NCBI GenBank assembly: GCA_040954595.2
Contig: CM082593.2
Coordinates: 4,419,434-4,483,433, forward strand
From: Balanoglossus misakiensis
Taxonomy: Eukaryota; Animalia; Hemichordata
Length of the DNA: 64,000 nucleotides
Reading direction: 5' to 3'
Below the pieces are notes generated by a model. It saw only the letters and a program-made list of their open reading frames with translations. It was not told where the DNA came from and did not search any database. The position numbers and the translations under genes are program-made. This document shows, piece by piece, positions 22,938 to 56,400 of the stretch (positions are counted from its first letter, which is position 1; each line of letters opens with the position of its first letter).

Positions 22938-24619
22938 GTAAATAGTTCCCCAGCAAGCGAGTAATACATTGGGGACATCTCATAACAATAAGCGATGGTT
23001 ACGATAATAATTTCCTTCGTTTTGACCTGGTGGCTGCAATATTCCAAGATATGCTTACAGACATTGCGCCCTCAACATTGGCACATATAAACACCATTCC
23101 AAAATGCAATTATTATCTAATATAAAGAGGATGCATGACATTTAATCAGGGACTCGGTCAATTTACTCAGTAAATCGTCTTTCGGTCACAGAAAATTCCA
23201 AAATTTCCTTAATTTGGAGTAATAGTGCGCAACACTTTGTCTTGATTGTTTTTAATATTGTGTGGACATGCCATCAGAAGCTTATTAAATTTCTTTCTGT
23301 TTACTAATTGCTAACAGATCTATGCCATTTGGACGTAATTATTTGACTTTTTAAGACTTTAAATCAACTGTAGACCGTTTCCATACACCATCGATCGTTT
23401 CCACCTTTTTTCCAAATCCCTTGTAATCCGGAACCTTTTTGATCTTATCCACAATCATGATAATGATAATGAAAACCTGTTAAAAGCACGACGACCCAGC
23501 TTTGACCCATGTTTTTAATTTTCGTAATTACGACGAAAACAATTATGGGTAATACTCTAGAGAAATTTGTCAATTTCAAATTCATAAAATTCATAGCAGT
23601 GGTACAATAACATTGAATACTAAACCTATTATATGCAAAAGATCATTGATTAAAATCGAGTTTAAAGTACCGCTGTAGGCGGGGGGGGGGGGGCATTGAC
23701 ATTGATCAATGATTTGCCGAGCCTTGATATTTGTCTTCGGAATCATCAACCGCTCTTGGCGTCGTATTGCTCGAAATTTGATCCAACGGTTCTCTGGTTG
23801 AAGGTACACTCGTCATAGCTGGCGTCATTCAACTGCAGCCATGCGTGTTTCCCATGGAGGTCTTTTTAATCACTTATGCGTTAAACGATCACCTGTTTCT
23901 TCATTTGCTGCTATATATACAAAAGGCTGGTTCATTAAGAAATGGGCAATTAATTGATGTTCCTACAACGAAGCTAATTAGCGTTCTATCCGGTCATTTG
24001 CATACGTGCAGAACCGGACAGTGTTAAGAGAATAGGAACACATTTCTATTTCTACCTTTACTATTTTTTTTTAAGCAGCCACCTGTTGAGTCAGATAAAA
24101 TACTCTAAACTAGTACAGTTGCGCAGTCACACTTTTTAAAAATATGTTGTTGTGAGCCTGACAAGCTACCTAAAAAGTCAACCTGTTTCGGTAGAGCAAT
24201 TTCATCACTGCTATGATACAATTTGATGTGTGTGTGTTCGTTTGAATGAACACTTTGTTACAGCGAGTTGAAATGTTGGTGTTAATTTCCCCCAGGTTGC
24301 ATTCTGTATTGTCACGATGTCAAATATAACAAAAGAATACAACTACGCTACAATTATCTCTTTCGTGGGATTGATCTAACCAATTTCCTGACGGGACGCT
24401 AATTATTAATTCATTGATTATGCGATGGCGGCCCGACTCTTTTGGTGTCATAAACGAACACTTTTGGCCTGGATGATACATTTGTACGCTGTTTGTCGCG
24501 TTAAAATCGTCAAACCCAAAATCACCATTTTATGGTGTGGAAAAATCAGGCAGGACATCATCAAGGGTGTATTGAAACCACAATTACACATGTAGCCACA
24601 AATCAGTCAACATAATATC

Positions 24620-26701
24620 AAAGTGACAATTAAACTTTATTTCTTTATAAGCTTCCCATTACATTATACAACATGTGATAATAACTTGTTCGACATAATA
24701 TGAAATTAGTAATAGCAGTGTTTATTAGTTGAAAGATACATCTTTGGACAATTTTGTCAAGGTTAGGGGATTGGTGAATGAAACGTCGAGGGCGCTGTCC
24801 CATTGCATAGGTTTATGTGTTTATTACTAGACTGAAAGTCGGTTGCCAAAAAACACTATGTACGGCGGGTATGACAACAAGAAAAATGTTATGACTCTAA
24901 GACCCAATATACGTGATAAAATTATATCTATAATATAGTTTAAAAATAACTCATAATAAAAATGTTCCAGTTACATACAAACTGAGCTCAGACTTTATAA
25001 TTTAAAATCAAAGATACTATGTATCATTTGCAGAATGTTGAGACAGGTCCTGAGTATAAAACTGGATAATGTCTATTTGTCTCTTTCACTCCGAAATATC
25101 ACTTATGACGTCAGCTTAGGCGAGACCCTGAACGGTTGATGTATCTTCTCCGAGTACTCTCCGTGTGGATTTTCAAATCGACGCACTTTACATAACAAAT
25201 ACAGCCTGTGGTCGTTCTTCATGTGTTTAAAACGTGTATATGGCAAATGTGTGCGTTTCCTATGTGAACTTTGTGCCGTGCATGACGTCATCATTTAGAA
25301 GTGAAAGAGAGACAAGGAACGTTCCATCGACGACGTCACATATATACAAAAATACACAGAAAACAGTTTCAACTGGTCTAACAGTTTCAAAAACAGAGAC
25401 CGTTGTGGTAACTTTAACATAACATAACATGAAGATGAGTTTTGACGCTGCTCACCTTAACAAAGAACATAAATTGGAAGAAACGGGGTATAGTCCCTTC
25501 GTGGAAACAAATTTAAAGGAGTAAATCGCTAAAGTTAACGTTAATCAAAAGTGAAACAAATGAACGTGGCGAAATACCATGCATCGGTTACCATGGGGAT
25601 CGTCCTCGCTTCCTTTTAAACGACCTCTTGACAAATACCCCATGAAAGATCATAAAATGAAACTTTTTCTAGTGCTTTCATTTTTTTAAACCTATCCCAG
25701 GGTGCATTGCATTACCAGTGAATATACATGTATTTGAATAACGGGATCAATTGGTCGCACATAGCCACCTCTTCAAAGTACACAAAATCTCTGAATAAAG
25801 ACGTAAGGAGTCTGTATTTATCTTTGTAAACGAAAATAACGGATAGAAGTATATAGTATACACAAAATATATTCACTTTTTTTTCTTTTATCATGGGACA
25901 ACCTTCTCATTTCAATGTTACAGCCTTTGCTATGCAGGCAATACCAGAAACCTACCTATTATTAATATGTTATTTCCTTCAAAACATTTTTCCCATCGCT
26001 ATAGTACATTGCACCTGGAACGAGTTAGTTTTGTATAAACTACTTCATAATTTTTAAGTACATTACAATGATTTCGACAAGTATTTTGTGGCAGTGTAGA
26101 TGCCTACATCATGATTTCAGTCGAAGCAGTTTGCGCAGTCTCCAACTTGAGGTAATTTACATAATAAAATAATATTAATGAGAATTAAACTTTTTAAAAT
26201 CTCCATATAGTATCAGAGCCTGGTATGGTGGAATTTTTGCGCGAACTAATTTTTTTTGTTCGGTTAAAAAAAATTAAATGATGCAATCTCAGATTGGTGG
26301 GTAACATTTGAAAATGATTGGCAGTTTCGTTATTGCCATGCTGAATTGTGATTGGTGGTTAGTGTTTGCTACGGCAAGAAGAATTTGGCATGAGATCGTA
26401 TTGTACTACGCATGTGCTATACTTTGAGCCCCGCATCGTCGCACGTCCTTATTTGGAAATATTACGTGGATGGGTAAGAAAATCCCGATTTGGAACCCCG
26501 CTTAATGAAAGTTTGACAAACTTGAAGAATGCGGAATGGTGATGACGTCATATTACTGGACTGGGATGTTAAAGGTGCTCGTTTTCCGATCACCAACGCT
26601 GACGATCGGAAGTTTCCCGCCACAGCGTGACAAGTCCTGGTTGCAGAAACTCAAAGCACAAGATAGTCCCTTTATTGCTAGGTCACATCCTGTTGACCTG
26701 A
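24620..26701 (-). other. Probable Pax2/5/8 3' UTR
   Basis: AT-rich and non-coding, with minus-strand AATAAA at 24636-24641, 24721-24726 and about 24820; end uncertain. Confidence 0.45.
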
Positions 26702-47577
<20,876 letters not shown>

Positions 47578-50500
47578 GCTGACCGATTCCGTTCCACTAG
47601 TCACCGAAAGAATGGCAAGGGTGCTGATGCCGCCGACCCGCTACGACCCCGTCGGAAAGCAAACTTCACGAGGCTTGCTCGCTGTTTGATGCCTGATTAA
47701 ACTAGAGACTTCCCTCAGTTAATTTCGTCGTAATTTTGTGGGTCACTAGTTTGTCTTGCGCGCAGCTTGGCAGGCTCGCCACTGCGCAGCTGACCCCGTC
47801 CGTCGATTACCGCGGCGCTCGCTAATTCGCCGACACCGGGATGGCTTTGAATAAATTTCCACCGCGATGAGTTCCAACTCATTTACGTCGCAAGTGTACA
47901 AATTGATTCGACCACTTGCATGCCAGTTTCCGCAATGCTTTGTCGCTGAAAATGCTGCAAATTGCGATTCATATAAGTATTTTCCGATCCTGCGCACTCC
48001 CGAGTCGGACAAAAACGCACAACCTTCAACCACACCGTCGAGCTGTCAATAACAAAACTCAAGGTGACGGGTGCCTTTTAATTGCAAGATATTCATCCAA
48101 AAGTTGGCAATATTAACAATGAAAAATCCTCAATACTTCTTTAAGGTATACTTTTGAACAAGTGACGTCTTGTGAACTTTTATCAACTGTATTCCACATG
48201 GAAAATTAAAAATACTCAAGAACTAGTGGCTTATATACTTGTTTACAGATATGGTACTAATAATATTAACAGTATAAATATTATGATGAAAAAACGCAAT
48301 ATCTATATTTTAAAGTAAATTTCCATGGTTTCTTTATGTCAGTGAATTATGCTTACGTATGGAAGGTGCAACCACGTGACAAATTTAAGGCGGACGAAGG
48401 AGTTGGCGCGTCGACACCCGGGAGATCGGAGTAAAACTACAAACTGAAGTATCCGCTGTACGCATGAACTCACGTGACATTGGCTCAAAATTTAACAAGT
48501 GACTTAAATTAGAATTCCAAGCGTATCCGCCCAATCCCGCGCTCCTTGGGTCGAGCTGGAAATGCAGGCAATTGGCGCCGTTGAGATCACACTCCAAGTC
48601 ACCGACTTCCTCGATAATTAGCTATAGATTTTGATTTATCAGTTTTGAATGTTGTGCTCGAGTCTATTGTTAATAGATGAGAAGTGGAGGGGTTTTGCTG
48701 GTCGCTGACAGAATTGGCAGATAAGGCAGATCCTCGGATTAGCGATCAACAGACAAACGAATAAGTGGGCAAGATGAATGGGCCTCCTGATACAGCAATA
48801 TAAACATCAGACCGATCAAAGATAAAGCCTTCCTCTGACTCCTAATAGCTTCTCCGCTCATTTTCAAAGCTTTTAATGCACAATCTCGTGCAACAGAGCT
48901 ACACCGCCACGGAGATATCAGTGCTCCGCTACAAATTTGAAAATTTCCCTTTCGCACTCAAGCCGCGATTTTGACCGATGTAATATTACCGTAATTCCCT
49001 TTCTCCGAGCAAACGACAGAAATGCTACTTATCCGGCCAGTGGTTATAGTTCTGTTAAGATATCTCGCAAATTAACAATGGAACGCACGGTTGTACAAGG
49101 CGAGCTTTCTGTTCTATTACTCCGATGCATGTTCAGTCAGTAAAAATTAGGTTTCACGTTTCTCTGTTTTTAAAACAGTGGATACAAATATCTGGAAACA
49201 GTTGGTTGATTTGTATACGGTTATATTAGATACCATGTGCAGTACCTTAATTATTTTAAAGTGCGCTACGATATTAAGAAGTTCAGAGAATATAAGGTGC
49301 CCCTGGTTTTATCACGGGAAAGAAAACACAAAATTACCAGATTTGATGCGTACGCATAGGTTTTAACCTCGTATTTTGGGTTCCCGGTCATAAATTCGGG
49401 AGAAGCGTTCAAAATGCGGTGTAATCTAATCAGATTTACTGTTCTTGTCTTTGGCAAGCTTTGGAAAACATTGCTGCACTACACCGTGCGTCGCAGTCGA
49501 CAACACTGTGGCGGGATAATCTAATGGCAAAATTATTACTGATACTCGAATAAACGCAGCAGGTGTAATTGTACGTAGATTAGCCCTAAGTGTCTCAAAT
49601 TCATATAAACCGCCGAAATCGAGTCTCTCGATATCAGCTTTCAGAGCGACGGGCAGGAGAACTGCTCGCTGAAATTCTTCCCATATTTCATGGCGCGGGG
49701 AAAAAATAGAAATATTTGTATGTAAATATTAGCCGGGGAAAATCATCATTTGAGAAGGATGAATTCCCGGGTTTTTGGATAGTCCCAAGGAAGGGGGATG
49801 GAGATGGTTTAGATAGGAGAGCGATCTAGGAGCTGGTGACAGGTTTGATCGATGACTATCTGGAGAGCGAATGCTGATGCATGATTTATAAGTCGTTTGA
49901 TGCTTATCAGCCGAGTTGTGAGGTAAAAACGCCCATCTGACGGCACATACAGGTAAGTTTCATTAACTGTAAGCGTACTATGGGGAAATCTGAGTGTAAG
50001 CATGATCAGCTTGGTGGGTATTAGGCCGACCTTCGCCACTAGAGCACTGCCCGTCACACTCTGCCATCAATGCATTATGTAAGAAACGTCATGAAACTTC
50101 TGTATTATAAGCTTTTGTGCTCGATAAGCATCTATTGTCCTCCGCAAACTTTGATTAAATATTTTTAATGAGTTTTTGTCGTGATGGGTCGCGGATCTTG
50201 GATAAATCAACTGTCTTTACGACCGATTTTCTTAGGAATTCTCATCTATCACGAGAATTATGGGCGCATCTTTTTTTTCCGCTGTCTTGAGTCCTATATG
50301 TCCTGATCCGTATGTAAACGTTACAGCATGGGTGTGGTCAACAAAGTAATGCTTCCAGAAAATGATAAAAAATTTAAAGCTCATTTTCATAAAAAAAAGC
50401 ATGTCGCTTTTCATCTATATTTTGATTTAACGTTGTCAAGCGCCACAAAAGAAAAAAAAACGTGCGCGTGCTCAACTATACATCCATTCGATCAAAATTA

Positions 50501-52646
50501 CGAATCTTCTAATTTTTTTGTTTGCCGGCCGGTTGTTGTGTTTTAAGGACACCTATCGATCCGGAGGTGACAGATTTGATTGCCGTGGCCGATGCATTTA
50601 ATGGAATGTAGAAAGTGTTAGGGATCAGACGCTTCATTAGTTTACCACTAGTACGGCTAAGCTTCATTTGTTGTGTTGGAGACACAGATTAAGCACGGGC
50701 CTGATAACCGGTAAGCCAGGCAGAGCAAACCATCCGCGCACAGCATCTGCAAAGGTAACACGGCGTGAAATGGCGCAACATAGTCAGTCGTCGTCTTTCT
50801 CATTAACTTCTATAATTTTCGCGCCAAACGATCGCAAGGTGTCATTTAGCTATTATTTCATGCTATGGTAAGTAACCAAGCGACTCATTATTCACCTCGT
50901 TGAGATTTAACACCTTGATTCTTGCGCGCCACTGTTCGCCATGACTGAGTTTTGCGGCAAAAAAAAAAACTTGCGTAAGAAAATTTCCTGGATTTCTAGT
51001 TGTCGCTTTTAGCCGTGCTTTCAAATGATGAGATAAATGACTCGACTCGACTTTTTTCCGACAGTGCCCTCACTCATGAATTTCATCAAATATTCAAACG
51101 CAGACAGATAACACAATGCAGGATATAGTCACAAACCTTGTTTCCTTATCTATGACCTTGTTGCCTCACGTTCATTCTACCACAACTACATCTAACACTA
51201 CCACTTCCCGCGGAGAAATGCAATGTAACAATATCGATTTTGAAATCGAAAATTTATGATACCCTGAACATTTCGCTCGAATAGCCAATCCGTGTCTGAA
51301 GAGGGTCTTCGAAATAATTATTTTAAATTGTAATTTTTCATGTCTAGGTGTTCTATTGTTTGTTGGTCTTATTTGTTTAATTATTATATTTTTTTCATTA
51401 ATTAGATTGTTATTTTCCGAACAATTTTATTTTTTGACATTTCTCCGTGTCGGGACGAAATTTCGTTTTCGGACCCCTGGTTGCAGACAGTTCCTATTGA
51501 AAACCCTGACACCATGTGGCACATAGGCAAAGTTGGGCGCGGGCCGTCATCGCGCAATTAATATTCAAAAGAATTCTTTCAACAAACACACCAGTGGCAG
51601 TCGTCCTAATTCGGTTTCATTTGAATGGATTTTCGTTCATTGAAAGATTGCAGCGATAGTTATAGGAAATTGCGCAGTGCGTAACATACGACAGAGGAGA
51701 TTCTGTGGACGCTACCGTTAAACGTGCCCGCTCTTATTGTTTTTACCTATAGCCGTGGCTGTCAATACGAATCTAGTTTATCGCTCGCCGAGCTACATTA
51801 TTTTCAAGTGACAAAACAACCACCCGTATGCGTTGGCGGGGATTGCATATTAACGCGAAGTAAATATGGCGCCAGTTTAAGAATGGCCAAAAGTTCATTG
51901 GAGAGGTGAGCGCTGATGAAAACCCTGGCCAATCATAATCTAACAGACGACAACCAGACAAAAAGCGAAGAAAGAGCCCTTGAAAGCGCGGTAACTTGAT
52001 TTGCTGATTATCAATTTACGAGTCAAAACTGATGTTCGGCATTGTATAAACTAAATCGATGTTACAAGTAATTCCAGCGGCGATTGCACCGATAGCAACT
52101 TTAATTTTGCTCATTTTTGCAAATAATCCAATCTTGACGAAAGACCTGTTATCTGATCAAAACCTCCATATTAGGTATTCTTTTCCAAAGCTCTAGGCTC
52201 ACATAGCTAAAGTCAGAAAATCGGTACCGCCAATTATTTGTCCAAGCGTTATCCCAGGACCAGAAAATACAAACTCGTCTCAAATTAGTATTTAATCTTA
52301 CCATGAATAAATTAATTGGTAATTCGGGAAAGTGCTCTCGCATTAAGTTGGCTATACATACGTCGCGTCGCAATTTTCACTTCAATAACAATGAACTTGG
52401 ACAATGTGGAAGTTGATGTTTTATTGAAAACTCCTCAAATCTGACCTATAATCGACACAGCAAATAATTAAGATACAGTAAAAACACTCCGCTTGTGCAT
52501 AATGCAATATGTTACGTCCCAAGAGATGCAGAATTCGTGTTTATCTATAGGCGTAAACGACCCCTAAAAGACAAACCCCTATATGCATTCAACCATGTGT
52601 AATCGTGAAAATACGCCTCCCCTGCATAACAATTTTCGTACACTGC

Positions 52647-52700
52647 CGTGACATGTGGACAGCGAGTGTGTCACGTGACATGTGGACAGCAAGTGGGTCA
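52647..52700. repeat. 27-bp tandem duplication with a GTCACGTGAC palindrome at the junction
   Basis: cgtgacatgtggacagcgagtgtgtca / cgtgacatgtggacagcaagtgggtca. Confidence 0.8.
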
Positions 52701-53340
52701 CATGGTCACCAAAAGAATAGAATAGGTACTTCATGTTTTCTTTATTTGAAACTCAGAATTAACTTTTCTTTCTGATAATAATTTTCATTATTTTTTCTGA
52801 TTCAGCTTGCGGTTACTCGAGTGGATCTTCAAAACAGCAGCCATGCGACGATTTCGCTCAGAGGACAGAGAACAGTCTCTGTCCACGTTTTGAGTCGCCC
52901 GGGGAGTTCAAAAAACACACGGCAACCGCCATCTTGAAAAGCTACTATTAGCAATAGACAGCAAGGGCCGTTGTCTGATACACGAATATGTATAATATTC
53001 AGAAGAGAATATTACACATACTTCGGGGCCACGTGGAGTATGAATGACAGAGTGGGTGAATCGTTGCCCCTGACCACCACAGCTTGCCTCGGGTCATCGA
53101 ACCATCACCGTAGCAGCACACTAATCTGATGTAAATTATTATTAGATAGAAATCCTTGGAAAACCAATCAACACCATTTAGTTAAAAGAGAGAGTCAAAG
53201 TGGCGTTCAAGTTCACGACATCGGCTGTTCTTGTGGTTCAGAGACCACTCGTGCCCCATGGCTCCATATCAAACAAATTGGTTTAATACATCTTGTGTGT
53301 ATTGATATAGAAAGTATAGGAGAAGGGAGCCAGCAAGCTC

Positions 53341-53377
<37 letters not shown>

Positions 53378-53379
53378 TC

Positions 53380-53425
<46 letters not shown>

Positions 53426-53426
53426 G
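53341..53426. repeat. Compound microsatellite (TCA)~12 + (GTT)~15
   Basis: Read directly from the sequence. Confidence 0.95.
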
Positions 53427-56400
53427 GTATTTGTCAGAGGAAGGTTACATTTTCACGTGTTCTATACGTAGCCGTAGATGCAACCACTAATTTTAGGGTC
53501 AAGATAAAGTCTACAAACATTCGGATCATAATTTTCAGTTGGTGATTGACCTCTTGGTGTTCGCAATCACAGTCTTGTTTCCCGCTAATTTATGGGTCAC
53601 ACTAATCAAAGTATTTCCCACTCTCTTCATTGCCAATATCAGCCATGTTCTAGTAACGGCGTACTTTACTCCCAACCCAGGCTGTCAAAGCAATTACACG
53701 GCTTGGCCTAAATGCAAATAGCGACGGGCCATTAGAGAGTAAACGATATATTTACTTTTGACATGGACTGGTCTTGTGTACAGTCGCAGTTTCTGGGGTA
53801 AATTATTATACCTCGGAAGCAATAACAGTATATGACCCCCATATAAATATTTGAAAAGAAAACAAGTTTTTCAATAAAATTGTCGAAAGACGAGTGTGAT
53901 TTGGCGGGAAAGTGACAGACGACAGGGTTCAGTTGTTCGATCTTTCTGTTGAAGGTTTTCAGATCTACTAAATTTCTGTCGATTTGTTTTCTGAACTTCC
54001 ATGTCATGTGACAGAGATTTTCTTTCTTAATTATTGCGTTTTCTGGATGCAACACCAGCCCTACTTCCTTTGAATGTACTTTGGGAACGCAGCTGACAAG
54101 ACGACACCAAGCCGCCATTATCTTTCAAGACACTGAACTATCGGAGACTGAAAATTCCACTGCGGTGAGTGCGTCTCCCTCAAGTAAACATTGCCCGTCC
54201 TATTGGTAATTATCCTTGTTTATTTGCTGGCTTCCGAGGAGGTGTACTTCACCCGAACAAACACTTTATCACAACTATTATCTTTACCACCGTGACACGG
54301 CGCATCATAAAGATCTCGCCTTTCAACAAATGTTAATAGTTACACTAAAGCGATGATAGCTGAATCACATATGGTGGCATCGTCAATGATTTTCCCATGT
54401 ATGCTCCGTGTGCGTACACTCAGCGTTCCTTTCCCATTCTGACTTCGTCAAAAACTTTGAAACAAAAACAAAGGGGGTTCCAAAGTGATTTATCTTTTGT
54501 TTGCGTACATTATTTTGATTAATTTGCCTTGGATGAAATGAAACTGGTATACAGGTTCTCGTGAAATAAGTAAACTCATCAGGGAAAACGTATAGTTGGC
54601 TTGTTTGTGAGTTGAGATAGTAGGATGGGATGGCAGGTGACGTAGGGTCGTCGTTTCTTTTGTTCCCGGGATGTAAAACAAGTTTGAGTACACAGAAAAT
54701 AATTCGGGACTATAAAATTGACGTTATCTTTCTCGGGTTTCCACGGACGGACCAAAATTGTATTTACGCATCATGGTTGATATGATATGATTTAAAGCAA
54801 GCTTGACAGCGTGGCGTCTTCTGTTTGTATTTAAGCTGTGGTATTAAAATGAATGTAAGAAACGTTCAGAGAAGAGAAAAAACAGAGTTTTGGTCGAATC
54901 TTTCTGGGCCGTGTGAAAACCGTAATAAATTCAAGATGTAGCGACTGCGTGATTGAATGACGCGGCGCTTACCACACAGCGCGGCCATCCATCCAGAATC
55001 CAATATTCAAACCAGACCCGACACGACATGTTAGACCCCGAATTCATCATCTCTTTATTTTTTGTTTTCTTAACCCTTGTATGACCTCTGTCAGACAGCG
55101 GCCGGTCACCCTCTCGGGCGGGAAGAAAAATGGTGGCTTTGTCTGGCTGGTGCTGGGGCGAAGCCAAAAGTCATCAGACAGGGTGCGTATACTGGCGAGA
55201 CTAGACTAAGACGAGGGAAACAGTAGCTAGGAACGAGGAATGTTAATGATATATTTGTGTTGGAATTAAGCAAATAAAGTCGACGACGAGGCAGACTGTT
55301 TATGTCGACATGCTGAGCTAATAATTGCCGTAAGTAGTAAAGATACATTTGTGGCAAACGATACAGGATAAATACGGAGCGTTTTATTGGGTATCAGTAA
55401 CACAGACCCATCTCAAGTGAATAAATATTATTGTAACCCGCGGAGCATTCAATAGACTTTAAAGAGATTTATTGGTAAAGACAGTTCGGTGTCTAAACAA
55501 TTTTTCCGTCAGCAGATCGACTCGGCCGGTTCTACTTAACCGACTTCGCGGAAAAAATATCGTCTGAACTTTGTGCCCAGCTCGTTTTATCACTTTCGCC
55601 TGTCAAGAAAAAAGTGACATTTTAAATTTGGCCATGCCTTTTTGATTGAGTAGTGTTTATCACAAGATTAAAGATGAGATGCGTGTATAATGAGTAATGG
55701 CTTCTCATTCCTGTGACTGACGACTTCCTTTCTGGAAAAAATTCCGAACAGGTTTGGTCAGTTTGGACGAAAGAGGAACGCACCCTGCAAAAGACTGCCG
55801 GCGAATTTGCTTCCCATGTGGACATACTTTCTCAAAAAATAACCGAATTCAACAAAAAATATTACTCCGATTAACAATGTGAGAAGTATTTGATCTAGTG
55901 CGCATTCTTGAAGAAAATTCGCTCAGTCCTCGAAAGCAAGTCACCCTCCGGAACCGACAGAACATAATTGTAAATTTCGAATTGGAATATGGTGCGTAAA
56001 AGTCGACGTGGGACAGACTTGAGTAGCTGTCTGAATGTAATTCTGCGAGCAGTGGAGATCCATCTGTACTTAGTTGCTTTGGGACAAACACAAAGGCACT
56101 AATAACACTGTAAGGTTTAATCTTCTGTTGGGTTGGCCATACAATACCGCACGTGACTCTACCAGCCGTGGTTTTGTACCACCAACTACAGCCACTCCAC
56201 GTCACTTTCACAATACGCACATGTCGGGCACGCGCCGCACTCGGTGAAGTCAGCCGAACAGGCGATGTGTAGAGACTGACTCGGGCCCGTAGCATGGCAT
56301 GGCCAGCGTAATTGCCATCCAAAGAAAAGGAACGAAAGTTGCGTATCTTGCGCCCATGTGAGAAGTTACACAATTAATGTAACTCGGAGTCAAGGGTCAT

